From positions 3,658,001 through 3,722,000 of the forward strand of contig OZ176051.1 in assembly GCA_964247055.1 (NCBI GenBank): a DNA stretch of 64,000 nucleotides, in the 5' to 3' direction. Positions 12,753-25,400 of the stretch are shown piece after piece. This DNA comes from Paragordius varius (lineage: Eukaryota; Animalia; Nematomorpha). Numbering within the stretch: position 1 is the stretch's first letter; each line of letters opens with the position of its first letter. A program made the translations under genes and the position numbers. The notes under the pieces were generated by a model that searched no databases, was not told the origin of the DNA, and saw only the letters and a list, made by a program, of their open reading frames with translations.

Positions 12753-13055
12753 TACAATATTAAAAATCATATTTTAAAAAACAAATTATAACTAGACAGA
12801 TATATATAGATATTATTGCAAAAACGAGAGCTATACTGCTAATTTATTGATTTATAAATAATGATAGAATCAAGGAAATTGTATTACAATTCATATTGTA
12901 TAAGATGTCACAGTAGATAGCGCCATTCTGGCCATACCCAAAATGGAGCTATCTGTAACATTTTCTTAGGAATTTTTTTGTTGTAATTCGTATATAAGCA
13001 CCTTTGTGTCAAATATTCAGAATCAGAATGCCGCTCATATATCTACATCAATTGT

Positions 13056-14339
13056 TTAACAAACATGATCATTTACAATGTTTCTGAAATCTCGATTGAA
13101 GGCATAATTAAGATATGGTGTTAAAGCTACATAAATAAAACTGTTTAGGGTTAGGAATATGAATATGTTGGAAACAAAAACGCTCGGCAGCCTGCTTTCA
13201 GCTATATCTCGAAACATTTGCATAACTGTCATGGGTAGAATGAGAATGATAAATTCTATGGACACTATAATAAGCGTTTTAGTGTGTTCGCGTCTTAGTG
13301 ATATCCGTCGACGATGTTGTACTGTGTTAGAAACGCCTGTACCTATTCGAGAAATTTCTGTTACAGTCATTACACTCGGGATATTGCTGTCTTCTCCATC
13401 CGCGCCTGCACTTAACTGAGACACTTTTTCTGTTTGGTAGATAGTTTTGGCTTCTTCCACTGCTACAATCTTTCGATGCGAGCGCCAAATGGTATAAATT
13501 TTAGCGGTGATTATGACCAGAAAAGGGAGTATAACGAGACATAGTCCACGAAGTATTTCATAGGCTCGCCAAACCCTGATTGCTGTTTGAGAGCGTCCCA
13601 GCGGATAAATATTCCAAGCGTATTGATATACTCTTATGATACCGTTCGGGAGATCACAGCTAAGCATACTATTACACAATAAAACATCATGGGGTGTCCA
13701 TTCGGCCGGACACAAATGCAATTCATATACATTGAACCAGCGGTATTGGGGAATGTACCACAGTAAACTGCAAAAGAAAACGAGAACCAATATCTTTCGT
13801 AGTAAATGAGGAGTGATGAATGATTGATACAAATGTGGGACGAATAAAATTAAAATCTGATTCCCAAAGTACAGAAGGTATATGATAACGCCAAATACCA
13901 TAAAACCATTAGCTATGGGATAATGCCCGTTTGCCATGTAAGTTATCCACACCTTACTTTTCCACACTAAATTGGGGCTCCCGTCTCCGTACACTTTTAG
14001 CACCGGGGAAAAAAGCATTAGGAACGAATTTATGAAGTTTACTATGAAAAAGGCCCGAAGCAAAAATTGATTTACTGTCATACTTTTTTGGTGACTTACC
14101 CTTTTCTTATATCTTCCGCCTTTCATGGCTTTTTGTTGCGCATATATTACTATGCCATTTCCAATCAAACCCAAAATCATGAGAACTAAGCCAGCCCAAA
14201 GATTGGTTGAATTTATGGGGTTGTGACCAAATTTAGTGAGATTGGAACGATTTGCGCATACGTTTGCTATAATGATACGTTCTGGGGGATAGAGACTTTC
14301 TCTGGTTTTTAATTGTTCAATACTTTCACGATTTAACAT
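13056..14339 (-). CDS. Intronless divergent rhodopsin-like 7TM receptor (peptide-receptor/FMRFamide-receptor-like or chemoreceptor), 427 aa
   Basis: Seven hydrophobic segments, TM1 GLIGNGIV, N-terminal NRS/NLT/NST sequons, ECL2 Cys (HLCP), TM6 TKTLIIVSIEFIILILP and helix 8 FNRDFR. It is a clear paralog of 35506-36828. Confidence 0.8.
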   Translation of the reverse strand: MLNRESIEQLKTRESLYPPERIIIANVCANRSNLTKFGHNPINSTNLWAGLVLMILGLIGNGIVIYAQQKAMKGGRYKKRVSHQKSMTVNQFLLRAFFIVNFINSFLMLFSPVLKVYGDGSPNLVWKSKVWITYMANGHYPIANGFMVFGVIIYLLYFGNQILILFVPHLYQSFITPHLLRKILVLVFFCSLLWYIPQYRWFNVYELHLCPAEWTPHDVLLCNSMLSCDLPNGIIRVYQYAWNIYPLGRSQTAIRVWRAYEILRGLCLVILPFLVIITAKIYTIWRSHRKIVAVEEAKTIYQTEKVSQLSAGADGEDSNIPSVMTVTEISRIGTGVSNTVQHRRRISLRREHTKTLIIVSIEFIILILPMTVMQMFRDIAESRLPSVFVSNIFIFLTLNSFIYVALTPYLNYAFNRDFRNIVNDHVC

Positions 14340-15007
14340 TTTGGATTAGATATAAAAAATTAAAAGATGATGTTTAGTAAAGAAACTATATTATTGGAAA
14401 TGTACACACGCATGTACTACATTATTGCATTTATCTAAATGCTGCTTCATCATTAAAGTAAGATTTAAAAAACCTATCACAGGTACAAAACAAAATACAA
14501 TTTTGTATAAAAGCGATAATGAAATTATTATCCTGTGTTTAATATATGTTGTGATATTGCTTGGTAATGATGCATAAATTAATTACAATTATCAGTATAT
14601 TTGCAACAAACTTTCATGATTTGCATGGTTAAAGTGGTATTGACTTCATAATATATAGTAAATAAATTGTATTTAATGGCTTAAAAAAGGTATATGATAT
14701 ATTTTTAAATTTGTCCAAAATAAAATGAGTTAGAAATGCTGGAATAAATTATATTAACAAATAATGCCTCTGTACACATTTGCTACAAAGGGTGCAAATT
14801 ATTTCAAATAATTGTCAATTAATTTTTGCATGGGGCTTTAAAAAATTGCGGCTTTATGAAAGTAGCGATTTCCCAATAACTATCTAAATTTTCAATAAAT
14901 ACAACTAAAAATAGCCATAGAAACTGACATTTTAAGTTTTACAATTAATTTAACTTAATTATTGCAAAGCGATTTTGCGTTATTTTTTCTTTTTAGGCAT
15001 TTTAAAT

Positions 15008-16100
15008 CAAGGGTGTCCAACACAATTCGCTTCGCCCGAATTTTCTACGCGAATAATTTTGCGGGCCGCATAGAAATAAATTATTATATTTAATCATTGA
15101 CTGTAAAAAAATTACAGCATCGATATTTCTACCAATCATTTTTTGTGTTTTTCATTGGCAAAATACCGTAAGATACATCAGATTTGCCAACATTTATCCT
15201 AAACAAAAAAATTTGAATCTTGTTATCTTTACGGTAATGTTGTAAGTTCAATAATTTTATTAAGATAATTTTTTAAATTATAAAAAATAGATTTATTTGT
15301 TTTTTTAATCGCAGGCTGTACCCTTCTAAATAAAGAGTATCTTTTGACTCAACCATTTGATTTCAAAGGTTTCATTTTTAAAAAGATTTATTACTTGTAA
15401 CAACATCATTAATATAGATTTGATACCGTAATGAAATTTTTAAGGAATAAAAAAAGCATAGTTTTTCCACAGTACCTAAATATCATTAATACATGGTTAT
15501 CAACCCTAGATGATATAATATGTAATTAAAATGGCTAATAAGTTCTACAAGAAGATATATATACATAAACCTACGCAAACGGATAAAACCTAAGGGATAA
15601 TTTTTGATCTTTTATTATCTAAAAAATAAAATAAATTTAATGCTTATTAAAGATCAATTTTTAACAGTTTTTTAACCGAAAATAATAATTAAAATGGATA
15701 TTTAATTAATATTTATGGATATTGGAGTCCATCATGATAAATCAAGAGAACAAAATAATTTCATAAAAAAATTTTTGCTTGACCTTGATTGTATGCACCC
15801 TAGAATTTATTAACTTTTTTTCTGATAGCTAGATTTATGAAACAAGACTCATTTTTAATTGAGCAAATTTTTAGGGTAAAATCAAATTTTTTTAAGAAGT
15901 ATTGCATGATTTATATTATTAATTAAATAGCAAAATCCTATAATATAAAGTAATCGACTTTTTTGAAATTATATCTACAAAATTTGAAAATCTTAAAAAT
16001 TATTTATAAAGTATTGCAAATTTAAATAATCTTTTTAGCCTTCTACGCGCATATATTTAAAAATTTTTTAAAAATGCAAAATTTTAAAAAAATCTTGATC
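15008..16100 (+). mobile_element. Highly decayed hAT (Charlie-like) element relic
   Basis: Starts CAAGGGTGTCCAAC..GCGGGCCGCA like the MITE at 17571. The transposase-like remnants are faint and the right boundary is uncertain. Confidence 0.3.
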
Positions 16101-17570
16101 TCAAACTTTTTCGCTGTTTTTCTTTTAAAATCGCAAATACAACAGGCATATAAATGTATATTATGGTTAAAAAGTGTAAATAATTAACTTTGAAAGGCTT
16201 TAAAATTAGATTTTACCAATAAAATTTTAATAATATATTTTAAAATTAGCTGTATATTCGTGTTTTGGAGCTATCCGAAATCAGAACTCAAGAATGAACT
16301 GTAAAATATATCAATAGAAAACAGGGTTCGCCAATCAAATTTAAATCACAGGAGTGTTGAATTAAGTTTTGGGGTAAAGAACTACCCCAAATGTAATCAT
16401 CTTCAAAAAATAAAAAGGTAACATAGTGTCAAGGATGTTTAATTCAATATTAAATTAGTAAAAAATTGGTATTGGTGAAAAGAGTTTTGTTATTTCTTGT
16501 ATAGGCTTGTTTTTGACCAAGTTAGCACCACTAATTCAAATAAAGAAAATACCTTTTAACATATAAATTTATTCTCAAAAATTGAAATTAATCTAATCCT
16601 AATATATTGCAGGTTGCTGGATAATAGGCTATGCAAAATTTAATATGAAAAATAACCATAACAATAAAAAACATATTTTTTAAATATCATATATTTATTA
16701 CTATCAATTAATATATTAATATATATGTTTATACATCTAGTAAAATTTTTATAAAAATCCTAAAAAATGGGTAAATTTTTTAATGTTTTGTCCCAACAAG
16801 ATCCCCAAAATGCAAAAAGTGCGCAATTTATATCGCCATGACATTAAATAAATTTAAAAAATATAGTTAAATCAATTGCACCCTTGTAAAAAACCTCAAA
16901 TTTTACATGCATGTTCCAGATATTATTTTTGAAGCAGCTTAGCTAAGATTAGGAGATTGATGGAATTTCTAAATCCTATAGATTATTTGTTACATATACT
17001 TTACTTACTATCCTCCAATTTAATTAGTCTACTTATGATGAATGTATGATATTTCTTCAAAAATGTAAACATAAGGACGTAATCATAAGAATTTAAGCAT
17101 AAGAACTTACGCATAAGGACGTAAGTATTACTTACTTGAACATGGGTCAAAATTTTTCCTTTTCCCAAAAATTTATTTTTACTAAAAATTTTGCATTATG
17201 CAGTGTAATTTGGGTGTTATATTTAAAGAGTAAAAAACTAAAATAAGCTTATCTAGAAATTGTTTATTGAGAGAAAACCAGCGACCTTCAAACTTCCATA
17301 TATCGTTATTTAGAATGATGTTAATAAAAATTGATTGAATGGCAAAACCAAATGGGAAGTCCTAAGAAAGTTTAGAAATGTTTAAGTATTTAATATTTGT
17401 CCAACATAAATTAATAAAATTCCCTCTTTTAAATAAGTTTATTAAGTATGAGCCCAAAAGCGAGTATTTATTATCAGATCTTTCGTCACTTCGTAGATTA
17501 TTGTGCTTTTGTAAATAAATTAACAGAATATTGAGTTATACGATTTTTGTTTAAAAATCAGTCTTTACAG

Positions 17571-17791
17571 CAGAGGTGTCCAAGACAAATGACTTCGCGG
17601 GCCGCATTTGAAATATATATGGGCATTCATAATAATTTATAAAATTTCGTAGCGATTTTTTCTCGTTCTTGCTATTTCGATAGAATTATTAGGATAAAAT
17701 GTCTAAGAATTATTAATTTTACTAAGATTTGAGCATGTTTTTGCAAATTATGGATTCCAATTTTTCGCAGACTCCGCGTTGGGGACCACTG
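17571..17791. mobile_element. hAT-Charlie-type MITE, 221 bp
   Basis: Termini CAGAGGTGTCCAA and TTGGGGACCACTG, internal GCGGGCCGCA, and an 8-bp TSD CTTTACAG/CTTTAGAG (7/8 match). Related ends lie near 30645-30690 and 60520. Confidence 0.65.
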
Positions 17792-20700
17792 CTTTAGAGC
17801 CCAGAAAATTGCAATATTTTAGATTATTTCTTATTTTATCCATTATTTTTATAATGATAATAATTTAAAAAACATTACTGTAAATGGTGTTTCGCTATCA
17901 CTTTTTTTGATTAACTTTAGGTATATATATTTTTTACCTTGTAAACATCATCTAACAAATGTAATATATGTTTTTTTAGATTATTAAAAAGAGTTTTTAA
18001 AGTACATCCTTAAAAACTTCACTTGTTATTATCTTATAAAAATTGGAATTTTCAAACTCAATTCCACATATTATCAGTTTTTAGTGAAAGCACTATTTAA
18101 AATTTTATGAAGCGGATTTCCGTTCTTGTTTTGCTATAGTAATAACAATATAATCAAGGTCATGATATACTGAAAATTTCATAGCATCATATTAGAAAGC
18201 ATGCACTATAAATTAATTTAAGTGATTTTATCAATTAACTTAATATACCTAACCTAGATGGTCATTGATGTTGCTTCAAAACATACATATTTTTTACACC
18301 ATTTTATTGGTATATTATATTGTAATAAATAAGAAAGTTAATCTCTGACAAAGTTTTACCTTTGTGAAAAATTTGGTGTAAACTAAAATTGCTATACAAT
18401 TATAATTCTGACAATTGAAACCTGCACAAATTTAACAAAAAACGGCGTCAGTAAGTTAGCTCTTTAGCTGTTTCTAAAAATTGGGTTATAAATGATTATA
18501 TGTTAAGTCTGAGGTATTAGTTTTAAGTTTAGAGCATAACATATAATTTACCGCCCGTAAATCCTAGAAAAGGAAAACCGCATTTTAATATGACATACAT
18601 ATTTATTAGAGTTTTGTCATAAACTTTTTTTAGCAAAGGTTCCTGAATATGTGGAAATAATATACATATAGGTGGTAGATTTGTAATTGTATATCATATC
18701 ATATTTAAGGATTTTGAAGTTTTAAAAATCAAACTTAACGAAAAATTCAAAATACTCTATATATATACCCATTTATTTATAATTTTTAATCGGATTGCAA
18801 TTTTTATAACTCGACTCCATTATTATTTATCATTAAAGCTAATGTAAAATATGATATAAAACTTTAAAATCTTTGAATGAATGATGGATTATTACAATAA
18901 GAAATAAATAATATTACTGCGTTGTGTATTTAGGAGTGAATTTTTTTTTCTGTAATTAATTGTAACTTTTTTAATTCTGAGCTCTACATATTTAACTACC
19001 TTTATTCTTCCTTAATTTTCCCTTTTTTTCCTTATCATGTCAAAATAATCAAATTAACTATAGATTATAATTATTATTATAGTTAAAATTATAGTTATAT
19101 TTGTGTATGTGTGTGTGCGTGCTTGCATTAAACACTATAATTTAGGGATTCGTTTTGTTAACGAATAAAAATTTCAAGTTAAATTTTTTTTTCAGTTACA
19201 GGTAAAAATCTGTATTTTTTGAAAACTACACATAAAACAAAACAATATATTATATCTCATAAAATCTGAAAATGAAAGTTTAGCTTTGCTTTAAATGCAT
19301 GCATGATGCCAGAAATTTAAATATTACACACACTCCCCATTCTGATATATTGATTGATATCAATCCTGATATATTCATACACACCTACCTCTAACTTAAG
19401 TATAAAAAAAGCGTATAAACTCAAAGAATATCATGCAACTATCGGCACATTTTTTTTTAATTTATTTATATTTATTATCTATTGACATAATAAATCACAG
19501 TATTTAATATCTGATGATAATAATTTTTTATTGGATATTCTAAATCATCGGAGATATGCCAAAAGGTATCCCCAAATAAAGGTATTTTCAATAATTTTAT
19601 AACAAATATTTGAGTAAAATACATTTTGTACTTCTCTTAGCGATTTTAGATTTATTATCAAAAAAAAGGGTCAAAACAAGCTTCCTTAGAGAATCATAAA
19701 AGTTATAAAAATAAAATGTTAAAATACTTATTTTAAAACTTTTATCACTAAATATATGAAGTTTGTTGTAAAAAAACTTACTAAAACGAAATAATGCATT
19801 GATATCAAATTTAAAATAATTATGTTATTTTTAAAAATTGGACTGAAGTATTTGTTATCGGAAAAAATATGTTGGCGTCACTCTGACTCAAATTATAAAA
19901 AAATTAAAAAGTTAATTGTATAGATGTATGCATTTTATGCTTTTTCACATAATAGATGGTCGATTGGCAATTAAATAGTTTATGGAAAAAAAATAAAATG
20001 TTTAATAAAAATTTTTGCCTACCTTAAGTTACTGTGTTTATTTTATTCAACATTTTGTTTTTTTTCCATACTCTACTGTCTTTTGACCCAATAGCAAAGG
20101 TTCACTTTGGGGGGGAGGAGGGGTTTAGAAATACGGGGTACCAAAAATTTGAATAAATTACCTTAAGTTTATAATAATAAAAGGTTTTCTATAAGACAAT
20201 TGGTATATGAATTATAAAGGTACAGTATTAGGAAGTAATCATTGTTGGATTGTGAAATTAACACATATACTATCCAATTATTTTTTTGCTGGTTCTTAAC
20301 AGTATGCATTTTAATGATATTTCACACTATAGGTCAATTTACAACACAATAGTGTGTGGAAATAGAGCGAAATGTTAAAACAATTTTTTCCTTTCTTACA
20401 TTATTTGTTTATTCAATATTTTGTTGTTTTTTTACATGCACTACTATGTTGCAAATTTCCAAACCAATAGAAAACAACATTAACACTCCATGACCTTTTG
20501 GAATAGTTTTATATCCCAGAGCGAATTAGAATGCAAATATCTTAAAGAGTTAAGGTATCAGGCCGAACTTAAAAATATGCTTTCTTTAGGCTTTTAGACG
20601 CATTATACAAAACTTTTTGAACAAGTTAAATTTTAAAAAAAATCCTCATCTTTTTTTGCCGCCATCGTGATGCAACAGTCAAATAAATGCATATTATGGA

Positions 20701-21494
20701 AATAAAATGTAAATAATTGACTTCAAAAAGCGGCTACATTTTACCAGCAAAAGCTTGATACATGTTAATTATAATATCAGCTCTAGTTTCAATGTGTTTT
20801 GGAGCTGTTCCAATTTTAGACACAAGAAGTCAAACTGCATAAGCAATTTTATCTCATGGGAACAATGTTTGATAATAAAATTATACTAAAATACCTTTAA
20901 AAACATAGTTTATTAATAAAATTGAGCTCTGTGATATAAAACTACACCACTATGTTAACTATGACAAAAAAGTGAAAAGGTCATGAAGTGTAAAAAGCAT
21001 AATTAAAAAATAAAATAACGTTAAAAAGCTGATACAAATGTAGATATGGAAAAAATACTTCAACAATTGGAGAAAGGATCTCATTGATTTTGATTTTTAT
21101 AATAATATAATTAATTTTGAATTTTGGTCTTTATTTTTTTGGGTAGAGGGGGGGGCAAAATTTTTTTTATTTGATTGGGCGCGAACTAAAAAAAGGTTGG
21201 GAACCACTAAACTACAATGTGAATGCGTTAAAATGCCTACTGTAAAAGATGGCAAAACTGACCGCCCGCGGAAACAAATGTTTCTTTTTTTCCATTCTTG
21301 AATAAGTTAAAAATATTTTTCCTAATTATGACCGATTTAATTTAATATTTTTCTGTACCCGAAATTTACAACCATTATCTTAGAGTTTACGATATTTTAT
21401 TTTTTTTGTATTTTGAGTTCCAGATATATTATGACGATGGGGTTTACGAAATAAACCCAGAAAATGATGATAATTGAAATTTTAGGGGATTGTT

Positions 21495-21668
21495 ATGCTT
21501 TTTGCCAACTGCTGGAGATTTTATTTTTTCCCGCTTGTGCTTTGGTGGATTTGTATTTTTTTAATTGGGCTGGCTATTACAGTGATTAATATGCCCATTA
21601 TTGAATATGTTTGTTATCAATATTCAGCAAGTAAAACTAATATGCTTGATAATTTATCTCTCCATTAG
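21495..21668 (+). CDS. Possible small hydrophobic ORF or exon (57 aa, MLFANCWRFYFFPLVLWWICIFLIGLAITV...)
   Basis: Open frame with a TM-like stretch, preceded by TTTTAG and containing a GTAAAA donor. No homology recognised; it may be ZP-gene 5' UTR. Confidence 0.2.
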   Translation: MLFANCWRFYFFPLVLWWICIFLIGLAITVINMPIIEYVCYQYSASKTNMLDNLSLH

Positions 21669-21947
21669 TCAAAATTCAATTTAATTGCTATTTATATGAA
21701 ACCTCCTCCTGGGAACTTGACCGTTTATATATCGTTCTACTGATCTCAAAACCAATAATTTTCAAACCCTAAACTTATAAACACGAATATTACCGATATA
21801 ATACTGATATATTAAACACGCTTTGCCTTCATTAGCATAATATAAAATATATCAATGCGATATAATAATTACTCATATGTACAATCAAAATCATCCTCCT
21901 TGGGTTAAATATCAAGCAATAATTTACAGTTATTTGACAAAATTAAA

Positions 21948-22324
21948 CAGTGGCGTACCGAGCATTTGCGGCGCCCGGTGCATATGACTTTTATGGCGCC
22001 CCCCCTTTTTTAAAAAAGCCAATAAAATAATTTAGAAAAAAATACAAACGTTGTAACCTAAACACCATAGATAAGACAGCACAGTCATATAAATTTTAAA
22101 TCTATTAAATATATATATTTATATGATACTAAATTTATTCAATGGTACTAATTAGGTGAATAATAGAGTATATATTATAGGGATTATTACCTAAATTGCT
22201 GAAAAATCTCATTTGAAAGTTCTTAGTGAATAATTAAAGTTTAATTAAAAATCATTTGGGCGCCCCTAAATAACGGCGCCCGGGGCATGATGCACCCCCT
22301 TGCCCCCCCATCGGTACGCCCCTG
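21948..22324. mobile_element. hAT MITE, 377 bp
   Basis: TIRs CAGTGGCGTACCGA and TCGGTACGCCCCTG, with a perfect 8-bp TSD AAATTAAA (21940-21947, 22325-22332). Confidence 0.85.
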
Positions 22325-22498
22325 AAATTAAAATTTTTTAATGTTTAATATTTATGTATATAACAATGATAGTTTATCTCGCTTTATCTAATCATTTAAA
22401 ATAAACCAAAATTTTTTTACAATTTTAGCAAGCTCGATGAATAACATCTCCCTAGAAACCAAGTACAGAAAAATTATTAAAATTATTTGAGGATTCCA

Positions 22499-25400
22499 AT
22501 GTTTCCCATAGCTCTTATCATACCATTCTTTTTAGTAAGTCTCTATATACATACAAAATTATTATTGATAATTTTATATACATTATCAAATGGATAAATA
22601 ATTCAAATTGTATTATTTTTGATAATTGGCAATCAATTGTGCTTTTTAAAAACAAAATAGACAATAAATTTTGTGGTTAACGATGAGGAGTTACCTAATG
22701 CTCAATCCCAACAAAATTGGCAGACATTTTCGAATCCTCGAGAATCAATTTTACCGCCTAGAGATTATGCCAATTATTTTTTGCTCAAAAACAAATTAAG
22801 TAATGCTCAATCTACGCAAACGAAAGATCTGGGTTATATTTTAATATCAGATTACATACTAGATAATTTTGTACTAAATTTAATATTTTTTATCAAAAAA
22901 TGAAATTACTGTAATGGAAATTATACAGAAAAATAACATTGTGAAAAAATATTTTCAAAAGACCGCTGTGCATTTTAACACCTAGATTTTTCTCAACTAT
23001 CTAATTCAAAATAATAAAATTTAAGATATTTAATCAACATCTCTATATTAAAAATCAACCCTTAATAGATATAGTTGTATTTTAGAAAAAAGTATTTGTC
23101 CTTACTTCTAAATGTTGTCTAATAATTCCAATTTTTACTATATATTATCTCTATATTACTTACCATAATAATATTCATAAAAGTTTTTTTTAACTAAAAA
23201 ATTGCAGAAAACAAGGATGATACAGCTCGACCTATCTGGAGACCAACTTTTAAGGTTAGCACGCCTTCTTGGTTAACAACACACAATCCATCAAGCACGA
23301 AACGATGGCAACAAAACAATTTTTTATCAACACATACTAATCGACAAACGGCTCAAAAAACAGATGGCTTCAGAAATCAAAACGATAATAATAGTGGTAG
23401 AGATGAGAAATCTCCTCAACAAAATCAGATATTTAACTCTTTTATAAACCGGCAAATCAGCCTGTTCAATCAAAAGATTAGAGAATCTCTGATTCCAGCA
23501 AATATTGAAGGGGAGCAAAGAAATACACAAGGTAAAAACCCGTTATAATTTTTTCCTATTTGAGAATAAAAATGACCTTTATGTTATATTACCATAAAAC
23601 ATGATGTAGATACACATAGTGTGGACAAAACAAAGAAAGATATCCAGAGAACACGAGTTCGACCAAACCAACAAATTATTCGGATAGGTTCGCTCCTATT
23701 TTTTTGACAATTTTAAATATAAATGTACAATTTTATTTATAATTTAATTATTTGGTTTAGAATGACAAGTCCTTAAATCGTCAACCCTTTCCATTTTTTT
23801 AGATAAAAACGAATCAAATGCAACTTTAGTTAACGATGTCTATATAATTTTTTATTTATTACTGTGAGGCGCAGTTAATATTATATTTTTTATACCATTT
23901 GCATTTCAAGAGTGTCCATGAACAATATTTATAAATCAAATCGTATATCGTTTTAAATCTATTTTCTATCATTTAACATACTCATTAATTCAATATTTTA
24001 ATCATTCAGAAACCGTATATCTTTATTAATTTCTTAAAATTATTTTGGATATTCATAAGATTTTAACACGTAATAAACAAATATATAAGTTTTCAGGGTT
24101 ATTATTTACAATTTTTCATAGAAAACATTTCAAAGTTAATAATCTTGTTAAATTGGAAAAAAATTAGTTTGAAGCAAAAAATTGGTTTTTAAATAAATTT
24201 TTTTATTTTAAATGAATCTATATATTTATAAAAATGGAAAATGCTGTCTTTGTGATCTGGTACCGGAAAACCGGTAGACCCATTCAAATCCAAATACAAA
24301 AAATATAATCATTAATGAATGCCCCGACAATAGCTTCGCCCTTTTTTGACATAGGCCCCCAGTTCGGGCCCACCCCGTGTGAAAAATGAGCTTTTTTGAA
24401 AAGAGTCCACAAAAATCGTGTCTTTGAGACAATTTTCCGGAGAACGTGTTGGACCATTCGATTTCAAATATGATTTTGTTTAGTTATTTTCGATTGCGCC
24501 GAACATAGTCGTCTCGCTTTTTTAACTTAGGCCCTCTTTTTACCCGCTCCCCCCGTAAAATGCCATTTTACGGGCTGCGTAGCAGCATGAGATTTACGCT
24601 AGTTATATAATAAAAAGATAAAATTAGGTTAATATACCAAAATAAATGCAAAAGTTATGGTCAAATTGAAACTAAAAAATTTCAACTTGTAATGTTCAAG
24701 GACCAACTTAAAAATTCGGACCAACTTGAAGTGTTCAAGGACTAAACTGAAGTGTTTAAGGACACTCTTAAGTTGCAAATGGTATATAGTGAAAATAGCC
24801 ATTAATAATGCTTGACTAACGTTTAAAGTAAATTATTTGTTAGTAGTTTTATTAATATCATTTGTACTTCCCTATTTTGATAAAAAGTAAGTTATAATTA
24901 AATCTAGGTCCAGACAAAAGTGAATTGGTATTGCCTCCCGAATTCATACACCACTCATTAAAAAGTCAATCAAGATCACAAACATTCCCTGAAAATACAA
25001 ACGATGAACGAAATACAGATAAAAAGCCTGTATCTACGCCAAAAATACCCTTTTTACGGATTTTGCCTTCATTACATGTTCCAAGATTGCCAAAACCAAA
25101 GCCGAAACCTCTTAAAATAGCTTACCGAGCATTTAAAACTTCTAACAAAGGTTCATCTCAACAAGATAACGTAAGAAACTTTATATATTTTTAAAGTAGT
25201 ATTGCTAAAATGTGAGTACAGGTTTGTTGTATTCCTTCTCATAATAATTTTACAATTTTGATAGTAGACATATATTTTCGGAGCTTTTTATAATGTATAG
25301 GTTTGGGGTGACCTGTAAATGTATTCATCATCGTGAATGTGAGTGCCTTTAAAAATATCAATCGAATACTGTTTAAAAAATGTTTATCATATGATAATAA

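Noticed and set aside
14400-21400. Scattered short repeated fragments and possible exons in the 14-21 kb desert
   Set aside because: Apart from the listed hAT pieces, I could not define termini, TSDs or phase-consistent exons.
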